Assembly: GCA_011057845.1 (NCBI GenBank)
Contig: DSDB01000614.1
Location: forward strand, 1 to 50,115
Length of the DNA: 50,115 nt
Reading direction: 5' to 3'
Source of the DNA: Phycisphaerales bacterium
Lineage (GTDB): Bacteria > Planctomycetota > Phycisphaerae > Sedimentisphaerales > Anaerobacaceae
Part shown: piece by piece, positions 35,659-44,060 of the stretch
Layout of the letters: each line of letters begins with the position of its first letter
Position numbering within the stretch: the first letter of the stretch is position 1
The notes under the pieces: generated by a model
The model's input: only the letters and a program-made list of their open reading frames with translations
The model's database searches: none
Told to the model about the DNA's origin: nothing
Program-made: the position numbers and the translations under genes

Positions 35659-38600
35659 GTAAGACTCTCGACGACGTCCTCCAGTACGTTTTCGGCAGGT
35701 CTCTGGCAGGTCATTGCGGCGATGATGCGCCGGGGCCGCTGGGCAAGTGTGCGGCCTTCCAATTGTGACTTGTCGGGGTCGCGTAACCACCGGGCGAAGA
35801 CATCGCCCGTCCAGTTGCGGACGAGAAGACGGGAAACGGCATACAGGTCCACCGGAGGGCTGACATGGCCCTGCGTGTTGGCTAATGCGGCGGTGAAGCC
35901 TTCCGATGCGACCAGTTGGCGGGTCTCGTCGGTAAAGTCGCCGGCCGAACCGAAGGGATAGGACAGCAGGTTCACCGGTTGTCCAGTGAGGGCCTCCAAC
36001 TGCCTCTTGCAGCCGACTACCTCCGCGAACTGATCGCGGACCGACAGGATCCGCAGCCTTGTGTGTGTTTGAGTATGGGCGCCGATCTCAATCAGCGGCG
36101 AGTCGGCCAGGCAACGCAGTTGCGAAAGTGTCAGCGGCCGCTTCGACATCCGTCCGATCAACGGCACGGCGGCCCAGGCAAGGATCATATCAACGACCGG
36201 GTCGATCTGATCGGCGGGCCTGTCGCGCAGAATCGAGCAGATATCGTCATAACACTTCAGACGCTGTGCCGGATCGGCCAAGGACCAGAAAAGCCTCTGG
36301 GAGCCACAAGTCAGAGCCAACGACGGCGGCAGCACGGAGTTCACAAGCAGGGCCTGTTCGAGGGCGTCCCACCAGAATTCGCGGTCGCTGCCAACCATCC
36401 GTGAGGTCACAAAAACGGTGGCCGGGATATTGTGCGCCTTGAGAATCGGCAAGGCCTTCGTGAGGTTGTCGGCATAGCCATCGTCAAACGTGACGGCTAC
36501 GGTGTCCGGCATATACTGGCCGTGGCGGATCTCCTCTACAAGGGTCGGCAGCGGCACGACACGCAAATACGCCGCCAGTTCTGCCATGTGAGCATCGAAA
36601 TTCTCCGGGCTGACCGCCAGGAGCTGGGCGTCAACGGGGTCATCGGCGACGCGGTGGTACAGAAGGATCAGTGGGTGCTCGATGACAACCCTCGGACGCC
36701 CGCCCCCCGAACTCGGCGCAGGCGTGGCCGCCACGGAGTCCCTCGGCTCCCCAGACACCACAGCGGGTTTTGCGGCATGATTCCCGACAGGCACGGCGGC
36801 CTTGCTGGCTCGGGCGGCCAGCAGAACCTGATAGTCCGGATCATTGTGGGCAAGAACCTCGTTGGACAACTGTTCGGCAGGCACGCCATCAAGAAAGGCC
36901 TTGGCCGCCGCCACGTTGCCGTACGCCTGAACACTCACACTGCCTTCAGGAAAGACCTCCTCCACGAGCATGCGCAGGCTCTTGTCCGTGAAGCGCCAGT
37001 ATTCGCCCCAGCGGTCCATATCATAGCGTGATATCTGGCTGATGCCGGAGGCCGTCAGCAGCAATGTCCCGCCGGGTTTGAGGGCCTCGGCGGCGGTCCG
37101 CAGGGCCGCCTTGACATCGTAGATCATCTGAAGGGTCTGCGTCAGGACGATGCAGTCGTAGGCATCCCGCGGGATGTTCCGTCCGGTCGCCAGGTCGCCC
37201 ACGAGCGTGGCCGTCTCCGAAGCCGCAGCACTCAGGACGTCCACACGAGTGGTCCGGGAGCCGTACTTGCGACTGTATTGGTCGTCGCCGACTTCCAGTA
37301 CAACGCCTCGGATGGCGGAGGCATTCTCCGCAAGAAACCGTTCGATGTAGACGCGGTCGATGGGCGTTCCGCGGTCGTAGCCGAATGTCCGGCTGACGGG
37401 CTCGCATCCGGCGTTGTACGTGGCCTCCACGCACCGGGTCGAAGGCCGACCATCCTCCATGGTCCCAGGTTCGTCCCCGGCCCGCTCCGGCGAGAGAATC
37501 CTCTTGGCGTAGATCAGCAGAAAGAAACGCGTCTGAGCGGTCATCTTGAACGGTGGCTTGGTGGCGGGGTTGGTCAGACTGTCAAAGTCATGGATCATGT
37601 AGCGAAACCCCGCGGCCGCCAAGACCGCCAGTATCCTGTGAAGGCTCTGACCCGTTTCGGGAAAGCCGTGATACTCGATGACCAGCTCTTTCACCAGGTG
37701 CAACCGGTCGGCGATCTCCGTGATGACCTCGCTCTCGGCCCCTTCGATGTTGAGTTTCAGAAAGTTGATTTCGCCCTCGATATACCGGCTCAGCGGGACG
37801 ACCCGCACCTTCGTATCGCCGGCCCCGCCGTAGAGGCTACCGCCGTCCGAGTGGTCGGCCGTAAAATCGAGCGTCGCGTCGGATTTGTGCAGACCCGCAT
37901 CCACCACGGTGGCCATGATATTGTTGGCTCGGAGGTTCTTGTGCAGTAACTCGAGCGACTTGCCGTCCGGCTCGAAGATGGTGATTCGGGCGTCGGGGTA
38001 TCGCTGCGCGACGTACAGGCTGAACAGGCCGATGTGTCCGCCCCCATCGATAATGACCGGTCGCGGATTGTCCGTCTCGAAGTCATAGATGCGCTGCAGG
38101 AAGATGTCCTTGGCCGCCATGTAGAACGACAGCAGGTCGTAGCAGTAGATCGTCAGGCCATTGAACTTGACGCAGTAGTCGCCGAACCGCTCCCGCCCCG
38201 CGAGGTTCCGTAATCGCTCGAAGTCCTGCCGTGTGCTCTCCGCGCGAATCTCGATCACGTGATGCGGCGCGACCGATTCCCGCAACGGCGGCGAGGCCGC
38301 CTTGTCGGCGGTTGCGGTGTATTCCTGAACCATCTGCGCCAATTCGGCCATCCGGTGTCGGTAGGTATGCTCTCGCAGTGTCCGCTCCTGGCCGGCGGCG
38401 GCGATATGGGCCCGTTCGGATTCGCTATCCAGGAAGTGCCGCAGCAACTCAGCGCAATGTTCCGCGGATTCGTAGGCCACAACCTCCCGGCCGGGGGCAA
38501 ACAGTTCATGGAGATTGTCCTTGCGGTCGGTCAGCAACAAGGCCCCCATGCCCGTGGCCTCGTAGAGCCGCATGTTGTTGGCGTGCGAACCGGCAATGTC

Positions 38601-39413
38601 AATGTGGCGGTTCAGGACGACTCGGGCACGGCTGTAGAGTCTGTACATCTCCAGCCCGAAGAGCGGACCCTTGAAAAACTCGCGGGCCCGATCCGAAAGA
38701 CCATCGTATCCGAAGCCATGCAGATTCATGGCAAAGCCGCGGTCGGCGAGGGCGTTGAATAGCTCGGTTCCGCCCTTGTGGCCGCCCGTGAACTGGCCTA
38801 CGAAGGCAACGTCAACCGGCCGGTCCGATGGGATGTCCACGCGGTCCAGGAGGGTCGACTCGAAGCCCAGACGAAAGTACTCGGCGGGCTTGCCCAGACG
38901 GCGGAAACCGTCAACATAACCCGGTATGGAGGACAACAGTAGATCATAGGCCGACAGGTCCCGCATGGCCATCGTCAAGGGCGCGGCATGTTGGCCCACC
39001 ATCAGACGGACAAAGGGTTTGACGGGATTCAGGACGTCGCTGGTGACTTGCTCCATCGCCAGGTTGATGATGATATCCGGCTTGAACAGGCGGACTCTGG
39101 CTTGAAGTATGGCGGCCAGATGCTCCGCCGTCATGGTGGCGATCTGCCGCGGGTCGGCTTGCGTCCGGGCGATCAGGCCGTTCTCGCGGGCCCAGGCGTA
39201 TTGCATGAATGGGGCGTTGTAGATGATGTCGGCGGCTTCGTGGCCTAGGGCCCTCAGGTTCCTCGAGTAGAAGTCCGCCACGCCGAAACAGGTGGCCATA
39301 CGGGCCTCATACTGCTGCTCGAAGGGCCGCATCTCGAGACCGGGGTTTTCGGCGTACAGGCGGGCGAGAAACGGCTCATAATCCGTGTTGACAATCAAGA
39401 ATCGCAGCGACAT
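35655..39413 (-). CDS. Four-domain fusion enzyme (1,252 aa from ATG ~39413): CgeB-like glycosyltransferase + FkbM-family methyltransferase + class I SAM methyltransferase + CE4 polysaccharide deacetylase
   Basis: Track ORF 35655..39716. The first 101 codons are Arg/Pro-rich and non-coding-looking. The Met at codon 102 has GGAG 8 nt upstream. Motifs: VAFVGQFTGGH...RLYEATGMGALLLTD (Glyco_trans_1_2/CgeB type); VIIDGGGHIGLFSLY..FEPDG..NFLKLNIEGAE (FkbM); VVLEVGDD...YDCIVLTQTLQMIYD...LKPGGTLLLT (class I MTase); AVTFDDGYADN...IGAHTQTHTRL...LSYPFGS (NodB/CE4). Confidence 0.85.
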   Translation of the reverse strand: MSLRFLIVNTDYEPFLARLYAENPGLEMRPFEQQYEARMATCFGVADFYSRNLRALGHEAADIIYNAPFMQYAWARENGLIARTQADPRQIATMTAEHLAAILQARVRLFKPDIIINLAMEQVTSDVLNPVKPFVRLMVGQHAAPLTMAMRDLSAYDLLLSSIPGYVDGFRRLGKPAEYFRLGFESTLLDRVDIPSDRPVDVAFVGQFTGGHKGGTELFNALADRGFAMNLHGFGYDGLSDRAREFFKGPLFGLEMYRLYSRARVVLNRHIDIAGSHANNMRLYEATGMGALLLTDRKDNLHELFAPGREVVAYESAEHCAELLRHFLDSESERAHIAAAGQERTLREHTYRHRMAELAQMVQEYTATADKAASPPLRESVAPHHVIEIRAESTRQDFERLRNLAGRERFGDYCVKFNGLTIYCYDLLSFYMAAKDIFLQRIYDFETDNPRPVIIDGGGHIGLFSLYVAQRYPDARITIFEPDGKSLELLHKNLRANNIMATVVDAGLHKSDATLDFTADHSDGGSLYGGAGDTKVRVVPLSRYIEGEINFLKLNIEGAESEVITEIADRLHLVKELVIEYHGFPETGQSLHRILAVLAAAGFRYMIHDFDSLTNPATKPPFKMTAQTRFFLLIYAKRILSPERAGDEPGTMEDGRPSTRCVEATYNAGCEPVSRTFGYDRGTPIDRVYIERFLAENASAIRGVVLEVGDDQYSRKYGSRTTRVDVLSAAASETATLVGDLATGRNIPRDAYDCIVLTQTLQMIYDVKAALRTAAEALKPGGTLLLTASGISQISRYDMDRWGEYWRFTDKSLRMLVEEVFPEGSVSVQAYGNVAAAKAFLDGVPAEQLSNEVLAHNDPDYQVLLAARASKAAVPVGNHAAKPAVVSGEPRDSVAATPAPSSGGGRPRVVIEHPLILLYHRVADDPVDAQLLAVSPENFDAHMAELAAYLRVVPLPTLVEEIRHGQYMPDTVAVTFDDGYADNLTKALPILKAHNIPATVFVTSRMVGSDREFWWDALEQALLVNSVLPPSLALTCGSQRLFWSLADPAQRLKCYDDICSILRDRPADQIDPVVDMILAWAAVPLIGRMSKRPLTLSQLRCLADSPLIEIGAHTQTHTRLRILSVRDQFAEVVGCKRQLEALTGQPVNLLSYPFGSAGDFTDETRQLVASEGFTAALANTQGHVSPPVDLYAVSRLLVRNWTGDVFARWLRDPDKSQLEGRTLAQRPRRIIAAMTCQRPAENVLEDVVESLT

Positions 39414-39759
39414 ATCAGGTCTCCGTGAGGAACGGGTTATCGGGTTGGACGGGTATGGGGCCGGATCGGCAACCGCGGCGCAGTCGGCCTCGACAACATG
39501 CTTGAGAGTATCGATCGGTGCGCCGTGAACATTGCCGCATCGACGCAACGGGAGATGGCCCCCGCGGTGTTCCTGAAGAAACAGACCCGTGAAACCAGCG
39601 GATATGGCGGGGCAGATTCCATCATCAGAACCGGGTGGAGACCGACGCCGGCTCGGCGGCGAAATATTCCCGCGCGGACTCCGTCCCCGTCGGTGGCCTC
39701 GACTGTCCAAAGTCAACCCACGAGGTCGACCCCGACGCGCACAAACCGCCCTCGCCGTT

Positions 39760-40083
39760 TCATGCGCGGCTCTTGTAAGCCCGCAGCGTCTTTCTGACTA
39801 TTCGTGCTTCTTCCAGCCTGCCGGCCGCCTGCGAAAGCTCGCAATGCACCGCCAGCGTCAATTCACCGTACAACCGCCCCAGCCGCTCGCCTCGTCGCCG
39901 GAACAACTCGCCGTCCGTAACCCCCCATTGAACGAACCGCCGGATGATCTCGCCGCTGTCCCGACACAGGGCCTCCAGTCGGGCCGTCTCGCCCCCTCGG
40001 GCCAGACGTATCTGCTCGCCCAGACAGGCCTCCAACCGATCCAGGTCCTGCTCGATCCGATTGTCGTCAAGGTACGAGTCCAT
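39760..40083 (-). CDS. Small all-helical hypothetical protein (107 aa), possible chaperone/adaptor
   Basis: The ATG abuts the stop of the upstream TPR gene (40084/40083). Heptad-like Leu/Arg/Glu-rich sequence with no enzymatic motif. Confidence 0.5.
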   Translation of the reverse strand: MDSYLDDNRIEQDLDRLEACLGEQIRLARGGETARLEALCRDSGEIIRRFVQWGVTDGELFRRRGERLGRLYGELTLAVHCELSQAAGRLEEARIVRKTLRAYKSRA

Positions 40084-40710
40084 CTATGTCGTCGCCGCCC
40101 GACCGTTTAAACTGCGCTCCACCTCCTCCAACAGGTTCGCCGCATCCTGGTTCTCAGGGTCTACGGCGGCAATATCACCCAACATCTTCCTGGCCTCGCT
40201 CAACCGCGAGTCCCTGGCGTACAACGTCGCCAGACAGAACATCACGGACGTGTCGCCCGGGTGCATCCCAAGGTAGGATTCCAGGTGCCGGATTACCTCG
40301 GCGAACGACCCCATCATGCACGAAACCTGGAACAGCCCCAGCAGCGCCGTCAGATTGTCCGCGTCCCGCTCCAGGGACTTCAGATAGAGATCGAACGCCC
40401 GCGGCCCATCGTTGCGTTGCTGAGCGATCATGGCAAGCCCCGCGTAGGCCTTCGCACAGCCGCCGTCCAGACGGCAGGCGACACGGAAGGACAACTCCGC
40501 ATTCTCCAAGTCGTTCTCCTGCAGCGCCACGACTCCCAGCCCTACATAGGGTCCGGGCTCATCCGGCCCGACCGTCGCGGCCTGCTCATAACACCTCTTC
40601 GCATCCGGGTATCGTCCGACCGTCGCATAGCAGTCGCCAAGTTCACACAGCAGCTCGCATCGCTGGGTCGTATTCTCGAATTCCGCCGTGTTGTTCGTCG
40701 TCACATCCAT
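40084..40710 (-). CDS. TPR-only protein (208 aa from ATG 40710)
   Basis: Track ORF 40084..40830. ATG 40710 overlaps the upstream gene's end by 10 nt (TCTCTATGGATGTGA). About five TPR units (YPDAKRCYEQAATVGPDEPGPYVGLG..., AKAYAGLAMIAQQRNDGPRAFDLYLKSLERDADN...). Confidence 0.75.
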   Translation of the reverse strand: MDVTTNNTAEFENTTQRCELLCELGDCYATVGRYPDAKRCYEQAATVGPDEPGPYVGLGVVALQENDLENAELSFRVACRLDGGCAKAYAGLAMIAQQRNDGPRAFDLYLKSLERDADNLTALLGLFQVSCMMGSFAEVIRHLESYLGMHPGDTSVMFCLATLYARDSRLSEARKMLGDIAAVDPENQDAANLLEEVERSLNGRAATT

Positions 40711-42299
40711 AGAGACTCTCTTCCATTGACCAGGTCCACGGCCCTTTCGAGCAGTGCGATTGCTGATGCGGGGTCCTTGGCGCGTCTGCGCAGTCGTCCT
40801 TCGAGAAGCAGTGTCTCGACCGTTGGACACGGGTCATTGACCTGCCGGCACAGCTCCCCAGCCCGTTGATAGTTGCCGCTGCGATAGTGAGCATCCGCCG
40901 CCAGTGACCGGACATACCATTCGTTGCCGTACCGCTCGGCAAGGTACTCGAACAGGCCGGCCGCCCGGGCCCACTGGCCCGCCGCGGCGTGTGCCCTGGC
41001 CTGTTCGAGCAACTGGTCGTACTGAAAAGGTATCTCGTCCGGCTCCACGCGACGGACCACCACACCGACACCCGGCAGGGCCTGCCGTAGCGGCGTATCG
41101 GGATGGTGTCGCCGGGCCTGCGCAATGGCTTCTCTCGTCCCGACCACCGCCCATTGCGCCGCATTGGAATCCTCCAGCTCGAACGCTGTGTCGGGATGGG
41201 CCAATAAGGGGGAGATCGAGTCCTCGACCCAGAAGTTGCGAATGGGAAACCCCTGCGGCACTACCGCCACAAGGTCTCCGTCGCAAGCCTCCAACGCGGC
41301 ATCGATCCTCCGGCAGGCCGCTGTCTGGGGGTCCACCGCAACCGGCACAACATTGGGTATCGTACGACCGCCGATAGCAACCGTACCGCAGCCATGATCA
41401 GCCCCGAGCGCCTCCACATCCTGCGCCGGCAGCGGCAGATAAACACAATAAGGGTAGAACGTGTGGCGACGGACTGCTTCAAGCATCCTTGCGAGACTGT
41501 CGTTAAGCCGCTCCGCCACGATGATGATCGACAGGTCCTTGACGGCGCTCCAAGGCTTGGCCGGCCGCGTCGTGCGAACTGTCAGAAAGGTCTCGACAAA
41601 CGCCTCCCGGTCCTGTCGGCCCTGATGTGATAGTCGCTCCGAGCCCCCGACCGGGCTGTAGAATTCCCCTGTAATCCTCCGGATATGGTAGAAATCCGTG
41701 AAGAAGACGGCCTTGCGCGTAAGGTCCCAGTCGATCAGGAGCTTCAGCTCCTCATTGAAAGGCCCCGTCTGATCCAACAGCTCCCTGTCGTGCATCAGGC
41801 TGACGTGTAACGTGTGATTGAAGCACAGCATCAGAAAACGATCGAAGTCCCGGCTGATCTCAAGGACCTTGCTCAAGACCGTTCTCATCCCATCGGGCTC
41901 AACCCGGCAGTACACCCGATACAGGTCCGTATAGGCCAGCCGGCAATCCGTCCGGCTCTCAAGTGCATCGACCAGGGTCTCGACGTGGTACGGATACAGC
42001 AGGTCATCGTCGTCAAGATAGGCAATGTACTTGCCCTCGGCATGCGCCAGCGCCTCATTGAGCGACGCCGCCTTGCCCAGATTCTCATCCCGGTTGATGA
42101 ACAAAACCCGCTGGTCCCGTAGACGCTCCACAATGTCGTCCACACGCTCGCCTCCGTCGCGGACCAGGATGATCTGTACGTTCCGATAGCTCTGCCGCAA
42201 CGCGCTCGACAGCGCCACCGGTAGAGACCCCCTGCGATTGTGCGTTGGAATCACAATCGTAACCTGTGGACCACGTTTTTCGGCGCCGTTGCAGACCAT
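40701..42299 (-). CDS. GT2 glycosyltransferase with C-terminal TPR region
   Basis: 532 aa. VTIVIPTHNRRGSLPVALSSALRQSYRNVQIILVRDGG...YLDDDD (GT-A/GT2). C-terminal TPR-like helices (ARAAGLFEYLAERYGNEWYVRSLAADAHYRSGNYQRA). Confidence 0.8.
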   Translation of the reverse strand: MVCNGAEKRGPQVTIVIPTHNRRGSLPVALSSALRQSYRNVQIILVRDGGERVDDIVERLRDQRVLFINRDENLGKAASLNEALAHAEGKYIAYLDDDDLLYPYHVETLVDALESRTDCRLAYTDLYRVYCRVEPDGMRTVLSKVLEISRDFDRFLMLCFNHTLHVSLMHDRELLDQTGPFNEELKLLIDWDLTRKAVFFTDFYHIRRITGEFYSPVGGSERLSHQGRQDREAFVETFLTVRTTRPAKPWSAVKDLSIIIVAERLNDSLARMLEAVRRHTFYPYCVYLPLPAQDVEALGADHGCGTVAIGGRTIPNVVPVAVDPQTAACRRIDAALEACDGDLVAVVPQGFPIRNFWVEDSISPLLAHPDTAFELEDSNAAQWAVVGTREAIAQARRHHPDTPLRQALPGVGVVVRRVEPDEIPFQYDQLLEQARAHAAAGQWARAAGLFEYLAERYGNEWYVRSLAADAHYRSGNYQRAGELCRQVNDPCPTVETLLLEGRLRRRAKDPASAIALLERAVDLVNGRESLWM

Positions 42300-42327
42300 T
42301 CACAAAAACCCATCGACCAACTCAACT

Positions 42328-43815
42328 TCACCACTGCGTCGCAAAAGCCGGGTCTGTCTGTTGCGACAAGGTCGTCCCGGACATCCGCAACGGCGTATCG
42401 ACGATACTCGGCTTTCTCTCGGCGTCGATCTCCATCTCGAACCGCGTAAACAGGTCGTTCACCACCGTCAGTTGGGCCTTGAGCGAGGCGTTCTCCTCAA
42501 CATAACGGCGATACCGCGCGGGCTCGTAAGGTCCGTGCACGATCATCTCGCAGAACTGCTCGCTGATGTTGAAGAGAAACTCTCGCGGCAACACACTTTC
42601 AGCCCCCAGGAAGTTATGGACGACCGGCTTGAGACCACAGGCCATCGCCTCGAGGACCGCCACCGGGTGACCCTCGCAGATGCTTGTACAGAGGATATAG
42701 TGCTTGTCCGCCAGCCAGGCCGCGACATCGTGCTGGTAGCCCTCGAAGACCACCACGCCCTCCAAATCCAGTGCCCGCACCATCTGCCGCAAGTACCGTT
42801 CAAGAGCTGCGTCCTGAATAGTCCCGGCAACGAACAGCCTGTATTCGGGGTCGATGTAGTGCAGCTTCTGCATGCACTGCAATGCAAGAGCTGGATTCTT
42901 GACCATCCGCAGATTGGCAATCATGGCCAGATTCTTGCCCTTGTCGCGCGCCGTAAAACGGAACTTATCCAGATTCACGCCGTTGGGAACTGTCTGGACG
43001 GATGTTCTGGCCTGTATATCCGGCACGGCCGCGGTCAGGGCCTCCAGCGTGGCACTATTGCCGACGGCAATGAGCGTATCCACGTTGGACCAGTCGACCT
43101 GCCTGGGCCATGGCGCGTAAGCCTCGTAGCGGTGGAGCCTTACGATGTTCCGCGAGACCTTGGGCATCTGCGATGCCCTGGCCGCGAGGTTCGTGCACCA
43201 CTCGAACCAGCAGATATCCGCCCACTGCATGGTCTGCCGCAGTTCTTCCTCGGTTCGGCCGTCAAAAACCCGAGTCTGAAACCGTTTACGCGTGAATTCC
43301 ACAATCTCGTTGAGGAAGCTTGACCCATCGGCGCCACAGAAGAACGCTATCCTGGGCCTCTTGTTGAGGATCAGGTCCACCATCGGCTGAATCACGCGCT
43401 GCTCCGGGCTGAGCTTCAACGAGCACAATAGTGCCTCGACGGCCGCGGCCTTGTCGTTTTGGTCCAGCAGCACCGCCGCAGCTCGGTTGAGCACGTCGGC
43501 GCTGAGAATCTCCAGCCGCTGCATATCGCCGAACAAGGCCATAGCCTCCCGAGCGCGTCCGGCCGCAATGTATGTCTCAGAGAGATTCCACAGTATCTCG
43601 CCGCTGTCCGGCCGCAGTAAACGAGCCCGCCGCAGGTGGTCGATGGCCTCATCCGACCGCCCCAGACAGTGCAGAATCGCCCCGGCGTCGTTGAGGGCTT
43701 CCGCGTCATCGGGCGAATGCGCAAGGTGTCTTCGGATGTGTTCGAGTGCCGCCGAGTGCCGCCCCGATTGGGCCAACTCGAGCCCTGTCCGGTAGTCGTC
43801 TGTGTGGCCGTCCAT
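42328..43815 (-). CDS. TPR + GT4-like glycosyltransferase (495 aa from ATG 43815)
   Basis: Track ORF 42328..43923. ATG 43815 has GAAGAGG upstream and lies downstream of the sigma54 box. N-terminal TPRs (AEALNDAGAILHCLGRSDEAIDHLRRARLLRPDSGEILWNLSETY). C-terminal GT-B motif TSICEGHPVAVLEAMACGLKPVVHNF. Confidence 0.8.
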   Translation of the reverse strand: MDGHTDDYRTGLELAQSGRHSAALEHIRRHLAHSPDDAEALNDAGAILHCLGRSDEAIDHLRRARLLRPDSGEILWNLSETYIAAGRAREAMALFGDMQRLEILSADVLNRAAAVLLDQNDKAAAVEALLCSLKLSPEQRVIQPMVDLILNKRPRIAFFCGADGSSFLNEIVEFTRKRFQTRVFDGRTEEELRQTMQWADICWFEWCTNLAARASQMPKVSRNIVRLHRYEAYAPWPRQVDWSNVDTLIAVGNSATLEALTAAVPDIQARTSVQTVPNGVNLDKFRFTARDKGKNLAMIANLRMVKNPALALQCMQKLHYIDPEYRLFVAGTIQDAALERYLRQMVRALDLEGVVVFEGYQHDVAAWLADKHYILCTSICEGHPVAVLEAMACGLKPVVHNFLGAESVLPREFLFNISEQFCEMIVHGPYEPARYRRYVEENASLKAQLTVVNDLFTRFEMEIDAERKPSIVDTPLRMSGTTLSQQTDPAFATQW

Positions 43816-43911
43816 GTGTACCTCTTCGAGTATTGTGGTTTTTAGCGTCTTGGCCCCGCCAGGCAGGGCAAGGCTGCGAAGCGACCGCAGAGGACCGCCC
43901 TGCGAACAACG

Positions 43912-43927
43912 TGCAAAACCCATGCCG
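43912..43927 (-). promoter_or_regulatory. sigma54-type promoter candidate for the glycosylation operon
   Basis: Minus strand reads CGGCATGGGTTTTGCA. GG and GC sit at exact -24/-12 spacing, with 2 mismatches to TGGCACG-N4-TTGCA. About 95 nt upstream of ATG 43815. Confidence 0.55.
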
Positions 43928-44060
43928 AGCCGCCTGCGGGCACGACAAGGGCACTCCGACCTTTCTCACCGAGGAATCTGTACGGATGTCGAACACCCGT
44001 GTAGGCCAAACGGTCAGGAACCAAAGGCTGCATCGTGGGAATATGGGAAATCTAGGAAGA

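Noticed and set aside
35659-35790. N-terminal extensions of track ORFs: 35790 for the mega-GT, 39716 for the four-domain enzyme, 43923 for TPR-GT4, 40830 for the TPR protein, 16707 for fliH, 19271 for the ylxF-like gene, 47877 for flgN and 50051 for flgH.
   Set aside because: The extensions overlap upstream genes or promoters and are Arg/Pro-rich. They precede an internal Met (or GTG) with a visible RBS or an ATGA/TGATG coupling overlap. Shorter starts were adopted but remain unverified.
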